In this document: in pieces, positions 17,842 to 25,172 of the stretch
Layout of the letters: the number at the start of each line of letters is the position of its first letter
Position numbering within the stretch: the first letter of the stretch is position 1
Translations under genes and position numbers: made by a program
Notes under the pieces: generated by a model
The model's database searches: none
What the model saw: the letters and a program-made list of their open reading frames with translations, nothing else
What the model was told of the DNA's origin: nothing
Source: Acidimicrobiia bacterium
GTDB lineage: Bacteria > Actinomycetota > Acidimicrobiia > Spongiisociales > JAENVV01
Assembly (NCBI GenBank): GCA_029881355.1
Contig: JAOUMT010000002.1
Span: 1-50,682, forward strand
Length of the DNA stretch: 50,682 nucleotides
Direction: 5' to 3'

Positions 17842-18813
17842 TCACATCGTCAAGGCCATAGCGGCCTTCTGGACGTGAAGGCGGTTCTCGGCCTGGTCGT
17901 ATACGACGCTTTGAGGTCCGTCGATGACCTCGTCGCTCACTTCGAGGTTCCGGTCGGCCGGAAGTGGGTGCATGTAGATGGCGCCACGACCCGCTTTTTC
18001 CATCTGCCCGATATCGACCATCCAATGCGTGTAGCGACGGCCGATGTCGGCCGATTCCTCCTCGGTGGCGGTGGTGAGCGCTCCCCACGACTTGGCGTAC
18101 ACGACGTCGGCGCCTGCCAGCCCCTCCTCGAAGGACTCGACGACGTCCAACGTGCCCCCGCCGACTCGAGCGTTCTCGCCCGCCTGGCGCATGACTTCGT
18201 CCTCAAGCGCAAACTCGGGAGGCCGGGCCAAACGGACGTTCATCCCGAACCGGGTGGCAAGGAGCAGAAGGCTCTGGGCCACTGAGATCGGCTTCTGATA
18301 GCTCGACGCGTGGGCATAGCTGATGTTGAGCGTCAGCTGTCGGGGGTCTCCCTTCTTTTCCATGATTGTCAGCAAGTCGGCCAGGGCTTGGAATGGATGG
18401 TACCGATCACACTGCATATTCAGGACCGGCACCCTCGCAGCTTTGGCCACTTCGTTGATGTAGTGGTTTCCAACCCCCCAATCGACATTCCGGATCGCCA
18501 AGCCGGCGGTATACCGACCAAGGATGTCGCCGATTTCTTTGGCAGTGTCGCCATGTGCAATCTGCGTGGTCTGGGCCTCCATGAACATCGCATGGCCGCC
18601 CAGCTGCGCCATCCCGGCTTCAAAACTCGCCCGGGTCCTCGTCGATGAGAAAAAGAACAGCATGGCCAGGACTTTGTCACGAAGGAGGGGATGGGGTTCG
18701 CCCATCGCTTGCTGAAGTTTGAGGTGTTTGGCAACCGCCAACAAGGTCTCAAGCTCTTCGACCGACCAGTCCTGGGTGGTGATCAAATCGCGCCCACGAA
18801 GGTCGGTGATCAT
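17842..18813 (-). CDS. Ornithine-carbamoyltransferase-like transcarbamylase with non-canonical second-substrate motifs
   Basis: STRTR and HPFQ carbamoyl-phosphate motifs are present. KSWGAL replaces DxxxSMG and HPLP replaces HCLP. ATGA overlap with the upstream gene at 18810-18813. Confidence 0.85.
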   Translation of the reverse strand: MITDLRGRDLITTQDWSVEELETLLAVAKHLKLQQAMGEPHPLLRDKVLAMLFFFSSTRTRASFEAGMAQLGGHAMFMEAQTTQIAHGDTAKEIGDILGRYTAGLAIRNVDWGVGNHYINEVAKAARVPVLNMQCDRYHPFQALADLLTIMEKKGDPRQLTLNISYAHASSYQKPISVAQSLLLLATRFGMNVRLARPPEFALEDEVMRQAGENARVGGGTLDVVESFEEGLAGADVVYAKSWGALTTATEEESADIGRRYTHWMVDIGQMEKAGRGAIYMHPLPADRNLEVSDEVIDGPQSVVYDQAENRLHVQKAAMALTM

Positions 18814-19832
18814 GGCGTTGCGCCCAGGACGAGCGCCAACAGTGCCATTCGAATCACCAAACCGTTGTACGCCTCCTGCCAGTAGCGGGCATAGTGCGTG
18901 TCATCGACGTTCGTCGACAACTCGTCCATCCTCGGTAACGAGTGCAACACGATCGCTGATCGCTTCGCTTTTGTGGCGAGTAATTCGGCGGTGACCTGAT
19001 AACGAGAATCGGTCGTTGCGACAGAGTCACCACGCTCATCTCGCCCCTTGCCATAGTCGGCCTGGACGACCGGCTCAATGAAGATCACGTCGGCTTCGTT
19101 TACCACTTCGGCTACATGCTCGGCCCTTCGAATCTGAAGACCGCGACCACGAACCGACTTGATCAATCCTTCATCGGGCTCCTCGTCGGACGGGCAGACA
19201 TAAATGAGATCTGCGTCGAACTGGGTCAAGGCATACGCCAGCGAATGCATCGTGCGCATCCGCCAGTCACCAACAGCGACGAACGTCAACCCATCGACCT
19301 TCCCGAGTTCCTTGCGGACTGTGAACAGGTCTGTGAGTACTTGCGTCGGGTGTTCACCCCATCCATCACCACCGTTGATGACTGGAATCGACGCCCAGCG
19401 CGCCATCTCGTGGGGAGCGCCTATCTGGGGATGCCGCATCACGATGACGTCGCCGTAGTACTCCAACATGTGGGCCGTGTCCTTCAACGATTCCTGATAG
19501 AAGTCCCCGGCTCGAGTCATCTTCGCGTCGGCAAAGCCGGTGACTTGACCGCCGAGACGCAACATCGCCGACTCGTGAGCGAGCCGAGTTCGCGTCGATG
19601 CCTGAAAGAAAGCACTGACCAGGATCTGGCCTGCCAACAGATCGATGCTGCGCCGACTCTTGGCGACAGGATCGAACCGATCACCGGCTTCGAATACGGA
19701 CTCGAAGTCCGCCCGGCTGAAGTCCTCCAGAGACAGAATGTCTCGTCCTGCAAACTCTCGCATGACACGCTCCCGGTCGTAATCGTTCCACTGTGCAATC
19801 GGCTGCCCGCTGGCGCTAGTGGCGTTGGTCAT
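18810..19832 (-). CDS. Aspartate-carbamoyltransferase-like transcarbamylase, divergent
   Basis: STRTR, HPTQ and HSLPR motifs. The region equivalent to RxQxER is altered (PVVQADYGKGRDER). Start set at the ATG at 19832; the tracked ORF extends to a TTG at 19862, so the start is uncertain. Confidence 0.8.
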   Translation of the reverse strand: MTNATSASGQPIAQWNDYDRERVMREFAGRDILSLEDFSRADFESVFEAGDRFDPVAKSRRSIDLLAGQILVSAFFQASTRTRLAHESAMLRLGGQVTGFADAKMTRAGDFYQESLKDTAHMLEYYGDVIVMRHPQIGAPHEMARWASIPVINGGDGWGEHPTQVLTDLFTVRKELGKVDGLTFVAVGDWRMRTMHSLAYALTQFDADLIYVCPSDEEPDEGLIKSVRGRGLQIRRAEHVAEVVNEADVIFIEPVVQADYGKGRDERGDSVATTDSRYQVTAELLATKAKRSAIVLHSLPRMDELSTNVDDTHYARYWQEAYNGLVIRMALLALVLGATP

Positions 19833-19888
19833 ATTCCTGCGACGGCCGGCCAGGGAGTACAATGTTGTGGCCTAAGCGAGGAGCAACG

Positions 19889-20728
19889 ATGTCGATGAAT
19901 GTGCGAGCTGCCCTGGTCCAGTCCGAATGGACCGGCGACACCGAGTCGATGATCGAAAAGAACCTCGGATACGCCCGGGATGCCGCCGAACAAGGCGCTC
20001 AGGTGCTCAGCTTCCAGGAGATCTTCTCAGCTCCATATTTCTGCACCGTTCAGGACCGGAGCTACTTCAGCTACGCCGAAGAAATGCCGGGACCTACCAC
20101 GAACCGGATGGTCGCCCTCGCCAAGGAGACAGGCATGGTCTTGGTCGTCCCCATGTTCGAGAAGGTTGACGACGGGACCTACTACAACACGGCGGCGGTC
20201 ATCGATGCCGACGGAACCTTCCTCGGCAAGTACCGCAAAAACCACATTCCCCAGGTCCAGGGGTTCTGGGAGAAGTTCTACTTTCGCCCAGGGAACCTCG
20301 GGTATCCCGTCTTCGATACTGCTGTCGGGAAAGTCGGCGTCTACATATGTTACGACCGCCACTTTCCCGAGGGTTGGCGGGAACTCGGCCTCAACGGCGC
20401 CAAAATCGTATTCAATCCGTCAGCGACGACGCGTGGCCACTCCAAGTATCTCTGGCAACTCGAACAACCAGCCGCAGCGGTAGCGAACGAGTACTTTGTA
20501 GGAGCCATCAACCGGGTGGGGCCCGAACCCGCCGAAAACACCGACTACTACGGGTCCTCCTACTTCGTCGACCCCCGCGCCCGTATTGTTGGCGAGGCCG
20601 CCTCAGACGAAAAGGACGAGGTAGTCGTGCGCGACCTCGACATGGCGATGATCGAGGAAACCCGCAATTACTGGCAGTTCTTCCGGGACCGGCGCCCCGA
20701 CACGTACACCCAGACCGGGGCTATCTAG
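19889..20728 (+). CDS. Nitrilase-superfamily beta-ureidopropionase-like decarbamoylase
   Basis: SFQEIF (Glu), YRKNHIP (Lys), VYICYDRHFPE (Cys). Start set at the ATG at 19889, with GAGGAG 6 nt upstream. Confidence 0.85.
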   Translation: MSMNVRAALVQSEWTGDTESMIEKNLGYARDAAEQGAQVLSFQEIFSAPYFCTVQDRSYFSYAEEMPGPTTNRMVALAKETGMVLVVPMFEKVDDGTYYNTAAVIDADGTFLGKYRKNHIPQVQGFWEKFYFRPGNLGYPVFDTAVGKVGVYICYDRHFPEGWRELGLNGAKIVFNPSATTRGHSKYLWQLEQPAAAVANEYFVGAINRVGPEPAENTDYYGSSYFVDPRARIVGEAASDEKDEVVVRDLDMAMIEETRNYWQFFRDRRPDTYTQTGAI

Positions 20729-20743
20729 CCAACCCGATGGCGC

Positions 20744-21553
20744 CTACGGGGCGATGAAGGCCAGGCCGGCGGTAAGCACGACAAAAAGCCCAAGCACGAC
20801 TTGCTGCGCCCCAATGACGGGGACCGACGGCGGTGGCCGGCGAGCGAGCCAAGAGTGCACGATCGCCAGAACGACGATCGAACCCCACGCCACCCACGGG
20901 ACCAGACCGACCACCGCCCCAACTGTCACGGCTACTACTGCCAGGGTCTGTCCCGCGCCGGCATGCTTGTATGGCTGCTGCTTGGCTCTGCGCAGTTGAA
21001 GGCGAACGAACATCACGGCCGCGACCGACCTCGCTGCAATTACCAGCCACAGGCCGGCTGCGACCGACGCCGAGACACCACCGATCAAGGCAATGGCCGC
21101 GGCCACCGAACCGACACCCACGGTTCCTGCCAGTTCCGGGACCAGCCGTCGACTGCGTGATCTGATGTCGTACCAAAACTCGATCGCTACCAGCGGAACC
21201 GCCACCAAGAGCGGAACAACAAACCGAAGATCTGGACCCATCGCCAACACGCTGAACAGACCGATCAGCATCGCGACCTCAACGGTCGCTGCGTTACGTG
21301 CCATGACCGTACGCCGAAGACTCCGGCGACGCCGGCGATCGACCATGACCGTTTTCAGCGGAGTTCTCAGCAGAAAGCCGAGCAGCGCAATAAGGCCGAG
21401 CAAGACCCCACGCCACGAATAGGCCACCAGCAGACCAAGGAGGACCGGCTCGAGCGTAAACGCCCATCCTCCATGTTCGGACGGCACTACTACGGCCGAC
21501 CACGTCGAGTGGGGCTGCGAAGCACCGGTTCGCGCTGCCGGATCAGGAGACAC
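20744..21553 (-). CDS. YwiC-like integral membrane protein
   Basis: 269 aa, multiple TM helices. The N-terminal PSEHGGWAFTLEPVLLGLL resembles the YwiC-like family. Confidence 0.65.
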   Translation of the reverse strand: MSPDPAARTGASQPHSTWSAVVVPSEHGGWAFTLEPVLLGLLVAYSWRGVLLGLIALLGFLLRTPLKTVMVDRRRRRSLRRTVMARNAATVEVAMLIGLFSVLAMGPDLRFVVPLLVAVPLVAIEFWYDIRSRSRRLVPELAGTVGVGSVAAAIALIGGVSASVAAGLWLVIAARSVAAVMFVRLQLRRAKQQPYKHAGAGQTLAVVAVTVGAVVGLVPWVAWGSIVVLAIVHSWLARRPPPSVPVIGAQQVVLGLFVVLTAGLAFIAP

Positions 21554-21608
21554 CCGGCAAGTCTACAAATCCAATAAGCTGTATCGTTCAAAGCAGAACA
21601 GGTGCGTC

Positions 21609-22616
21609 ATGGACCCATTCATCCGAACTCTCCCCAAGGCCGAACTGCACTTGCACATCGAGGGTACCCTCGAGCCTGAGATGCTGTTCTCGCTAGCGAA
21701 ACGCAACGGCGCCGCATTGGGCTACGCGTCAGTGGATGAACTTCGCGCCGCCTACGACTTCACGGACCTCCAGTCGTTCCTCGACATCTATTACGAGGGC
21801 GCCGCCGTCCTCCGGACCGAACAGGACTTCCACGACTTGACCTGGGCGTATCTGCAGCGAGCAGCTCGTGACGGTGTTCGCCGGGCTGAGATCTTCTTTG
21901 ATCCCCAGACGCACATTGAGCGCGGCGTCGCCATGGGCACGGTGATCGATGGCATCTCCTCCGCCCTCGACCGGGGACCCGAGATCGGCATCAACGGTGG
22001 CCTGATCATGTGCTTCCTCCGACACCTTCCCGAATCCAGCGCGCTTGAGACGCTCGAAGCGGCCCTACCGCACCGTTCCCGCTTACTGGGCGTCGGACTC
22101 GACTCCTCCGAACTCGGACATCCGCCCACCGAATTCACGGCCGTGTTCAACCTGGCCCGACAGGAAGGACTCCACCTCGTCGCCCACGCCGGCGAGGAAG
22201 GCCCACCTGATTACGTCTGGCAGGCACTCGATGTCCTCGGGGTCGAAAGGATCGACCACGGCGTGCGGGCCATCGAAGACGACGCACTCGTCGCTCGTCT
22301 GGCTGCCGATCGCATCCCGCTAACGATGTGCCCCCTGTCGAACCTCAAGTTGAAAGTTGTCGACAACCTCGCTCACCATCCTCTCCGCCGGCTGTTGCAT
22401 TCGGGGGTAAAGGTGACGATCAACTCTGACGATCCGGCGTACTTCGGCGGCTACCTCGGTGATAACTACAGTGCCATCACGAGCGCCCTCGGACTCGAAC
22501 GTGAAGAACTGGTAGATCTCGCCCGCCACAGTCTGGAAGCGGCCTTCCTTCCTGAAACCGACCCGGTCTTCGCCGACTTCGAGCACCAGGTCGGTGCCTC
22601 GAGACTGATCGATTGA
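21609..22616 (+). CDS. Adenine/adenosine deaminase (cog1816 type)
   Basis: 335 aa with LPKAELHLHIEGTLEPE and the INSDDPAYF metal/active-site motifs. Confidence 0.9.
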   Translation: MDPFIRTLPKAELHLHIEGTLEPEMLFSLAKRNGAALGYASVDELRAAYDFTDLQSFLDIYYEGAAVLRTEQDFHDLTWAYLQRAARDGVRRAEIFFDPQTHIERGVAMGTVIDGISSALDRGPEIGINGGLIMCFLRHLPESSALETLEAALPHRSRLLGVGLDSSELGHPPTEFTAVFNLARQEGLHLVAHAGEEGPPDYVWQALDVLGVERIDHGVRAIEDDALVARLAADRIPLTMCPLSNLKLKVVDNLAHHPLRRLLHSGVKVTINSDDPAYFGGYLGDNYSAITSALGLEREELVDLARHSLEAAFLPETDPVFADFEHQVGASRLID

Positions 22617-22619
22617 TCG

Positions 22620-22913
22620 ATGGACCTCAACATAACCCCGGCCGCCATCGCCCTGGTACGCAAGAAGGGCGGCGTCATGGCCATCGACTTCATCCCGCCT
22701 ATCAGTTGAGGCGGCACGCTGGAGGTGTCGGTCGACACCTATCTCAAAGGCAAAGACCTCAGCCCGTACCAGCAGCTGACCGTCGACGACGTCGAATTGC
22801 ATGTTTCCCCAGCCTTATCCACTTGGGCAGATCATGCCACCGTGGCGGTCAGGTCGACGCGGCTGGGTAAGAAGCTTGAAGTCCTGGCCGACCACAAACA
22901 CCAGCCGACCTGA
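22620..22913 (+). CDS. Candidate selenoprotein, 97 aa with Sec (UGA) at codon 30, HesB/IscA-like
   Basis: The ATG at 22620 is 3 nt after the deaminase stop. There are 29 sense codons with strong G/C third-position bias, then TGA at 22707-22709. The same frame continues into the tracked 62-aa ORF at 22725-22913. A hairpin lies 14 nt downstream of the TGA. Confidence 0.55.
22723..22740 (+). promoter_or_regulatory. Putative bacterial SECIS upper stem-loop
   Basis: AGGUGUC-GGUC-GACACCU: a 7-bp stem with a GGUC loop. The loop starts 21 nt after the UGA. It resembles the E. coli fdhF minimal SECIS GGUUGCAGGUCUGCACC. Confidence 0.45.
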
Positions 22914-22984
22914 ACTCACTAATCCCTGGTACCCGGTGGGCGCCAGTTCGATGATGCGATCCCTGAAGCTCCCTCGCCGCACAT

Positions 22985-23008
22985 CAACGTTTACAATCCG
23001 TAAAGTTG
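22985..23008. promoter_or_regulatory. AT-rich imperfect palindrome upstream of the DUF77 operon (possible operator)
   Basis: CAACGTTTAC-AATCC-GTAAAGTTG. The arms pair as CAAC/GTTG and TTTAC/GTAAA with one bulged G. It sits about 10 nt before the ATG at 23019. Confidence 0.25.
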
Positions 23009-23018
23009 AACCGAAGGG

Positions 23019-23273
23019 ATGTCCGTGCAAGTAGCTGCTGAGTTCCTCATCGAACCGTTCTCGGAAGGACGCCCGGGCCCGCACGTGAAGACGGCGGTGG
23101 AAGCCGTGGAGCGAGCCGGCCTTACGGTGGACGTCGGGCCGTTTGGAAACGTGACCACGGGCGAGGCTGCCACGGTTCTCGATGCAATTGCAGATGCCCT
23201 GACAGCAGCCCTCGACCACGGCGCCACCCGTGTCAGCCTCAGCATCGCTCGCCTAGAAACGTCGGACACGTGA
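23019..23273 (+). CDS. MTH1187/YkoF-like (DUF77) thiamine-binding-fold protein
   Basis: 84 aa. VAAEFLIEPFSEG...GLTVDVGPFGNVTTGE matches the DUF77 pattern. The start could instead be the GTG at 23025. Confidence 0.75.
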   Translation: MSVQVAAEFLIEPFSEGRPGPHVKTAVEAVERAGLTVDVGPFGNVTTGEAATVLDAIADALTAALDHGATRVSLSIARLETSDT

Positions 23274-23632
23274 CCCAGCGATCAGAGCTCGGAGTAGCTC
23301 TCGAACCTTTACTCCGGGTGCTCGGGGCCGCAACCGTCGACGTTGACGACGCCACCGATTCGGATGTGGTGCTGAGTTGGGCGGGATCCCCCGCGATCGC
23401 CATCCGGTTGGACTTCTCAGAAACCACCGCCGCCCAGGTTCGTTCGGTGGAAACCGAGATGGGCGCCAAACTATCCGACCTTTCGCGCGAGCAAAAACAG
23501 GCGGCAATCAGGATTCTGGACGAACGAGGAGCCTTCGCGCTGCGCAAAGCCATCGAGGATGTGGCAGATGCCATGAGTGTCAGCCGGATCACGATCTATA
23601 ACTACCTCAACGCGATTCGTGACTCCCGATGA
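23270..23632 (+). CDS. HTH transcriptional regulator (YheO-type C-terminal HTH)
   Basis: 120 aa. The C-terminal AIEDVADAMSVSRITIYNYLNAIR is a clear helix-turn-helix. GTGA overlap with the DUF77 stop. Confidence 0.7.
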   Translation: MTQRSELGVALEPLLRVLGAATVDVDDATDSDVVLSWAGSPAIAIRLDFSETTAAQVRSVETEMGAKLSDLSREQKQAAIRILDERGAFALRKAIEDVADAMSVSRITIYNYLNAIRDSR

Positions 23633-23684
23633 GCCCGATATCGATTGTCTGGTTTTCTAGAATCAATCCACCCGAAGGAGCAGC

Positions 23685-25172
23685 GTGACAAGTTCAATCA
23701 TGGGTCTCTTCGACGACGTAGTCGACGAACAAGCCCTCACCAACACCGTCGACCGGTTCCGCGAACGAGAAATCGCACTCCCGACTTTTGCTCAGCTGGC
23801 CGACCCTTCGACCATGCCCGCCGGCGTAATGGATGTTCTGGCGAACGTAGGACCGGACGATCCTGATCCGCGCAACCTATGGCGGGTGAACTGGTACAAC
23901 GATGCCAGCCGAACCATGAGGACCGACGTCCCGGCCTATCTCGAAATCCCTTCGGCCCTCAGCGGCGTCGACGCCAAGATCCTGCTCGCCCTCGGCAACA
24001 AATTCCCGATGATCCGCGCACACAAGGTGCTGGCCGCCTACTCCTGCCTCGCTCCCAGGATCGTCACCGGAGCGTTCGATCCCACTACTCATCGCGCGGT
24101 GTGGCCTTCCACCGGCAATTACGCCAGAGGTGGCGTAGCGATAAGTCGGATCATGGGCTGTCGCGGCATGGCCGTGCTGCCTGAAGGAATGAGCCAGGAG
24201 CGATTCGACTGGCTCAACGAATGGACGGCGGGCCCCGAAGACATCATTCGAACCACCGGAACCGAGTCGAACGTCAAAGAAATCTACGACGCCTGCAACG
24301 AACTCGCCAAGGACAGCACCAACGTGATCCTCAACCAGTTCTCGGAGTTCGCCAATCACCTCGGCCACTACTTCGTGACCGGCAGAGCTCTCGAACACAT
24401 CGTGGAAGCTGCCGGTGGTGGGAACCTGGTTTCGTTCGTGTCGGCCTCCGGGTCCGGAGGAACCATCGCCGCCGGCGATTACTTGAAGGAGCGGCACGGC
24501 TCTCGCATCGTGGCAGTCGAGGCGCTGGAGTGCCCGACCATGTTGTACAACGGGTACGGCGAACACAATATTCAGGGCATCGGCGACAAGCACATCCCAC
24601 TGATCCAGAATGTGATGAACACCGACGACGTCGTTGCCATATCGGACCAAGCAACGGACACGCTCCTGTTGCTGTTCAACACCGAAGCCGGCAAGCAGTA
24701 CCTGATGAGCCGGGGTTTCGATGCGACATTTGTCGAGCAGCTGCAGCACCTCGGCTTCTCGTCCATCGCCAACATGTTGGCGGCGATCAAAGTTGCCAAA
24801 CTCCACAACTACGGAGCAGGCGATGTCATCGTGACCGTTGCCACCGACGGATTCGAGCTGTATAGATCGGAAGTCGACAAGATCACGTCACGTGATCATC
24901 CCGGCGGGTTCGACGAAACGGCGGCCGCCGCCGCGTATGCCCGGTTCCTCCAAGGCATCGACACCGACCATACGGTCGATCTGGGAACGATCGGACGGAC
25001 CCGGATCTTCAACCTTGGCTATTACACCTGGGTCGAGCAGCAGGGCGTAGATTTCGAATCGTTCGAGGCTCGCCGGTCACAATCCTTCTGGACGGACTTG
25101 CACGGCCACGTCACGCGTTGGGACGCTCAGATCGCCGAGTTCAACCATAGGACCGGAGTTTCGATTGGCTGA
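23685..25172 (+). CDS. Fold-type-II (TrpB/cysteine-synthase-like) PLP-dependent enzyme, long form
   Basis: 495 aa. Candidate PLP lysine in KFPMIRAHKVLAAY (TrpB-like AHK). Glycine-rich loop SASGSGGTIAG. GTG start with GAAGGAG 4 nt upstream. Confidence 0.8.
   Translation: MTSSIMGLFDDVVDEQALTNTVDRFREREIALPTFAQLADPSTMPAGVMDVLANVGPDDPDPRNLWRVNWYNDASRTMRTDVPAYLEIPSALSGVDAKILLALGNKFPMIRAHKVLAAYSCLAPRIVTGAFDPTTHRAVWPSTGNYARGGVAISRIMGCRGMAVLPEGMSQERFDWLNEWTAGPEDIIRTTGTESNVKEIYDACNELAKDSTNVILNQFSEFANHLGHYFVTGRALEHIVEAAGGGNLVSFVSASGSGGTIAAGDYLKERHGSRIVAVEALECPTMLYNGYGEHNIQGIGDKHIPLIQNVMNTDDVVAISDQATDTLLLLFNTEAGKQYLMSRGFDATFVEQLQHLGFSSIANMLAAIKVAKLHNYGAGDVIVTVATDGFELYRSEVDKITSRDHPGGFDETAAAAAYARFLQGIDTDHTVDLGTIGRTRIFNLGYYTWVEQQGVDFESFEARRSQSFWTDLHGHVTRWDAQIAEFNHRTGVSIG

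Noticed and set aside
22725-22913. Stand-alone 62-aa ORF starting at the GTG at 22725.
   Set aside because: The only purine-rich element (GGAG) abuts the GTG with no spacer. The 105 nt upstream are in the same frame, have coding-like third-position G/C bias and begin with an ATG coupled to the preceding gene. Read-through of a single TGA as Sec explains the region better, so it is reported as a finding rather than as a 62-aa gene.
22914-23018. Possible TPP riboswitch upstream of the DUF77/YkoF-like thiamine-binding-fold gene.
   Set aside because: I could not find the conserved CUGAGA and ACCUGAUCUGGAUAAUGCCAGCG-type elements. Only a short AT-rich imperfect palindrome is present, listed as a low-confidence operator.
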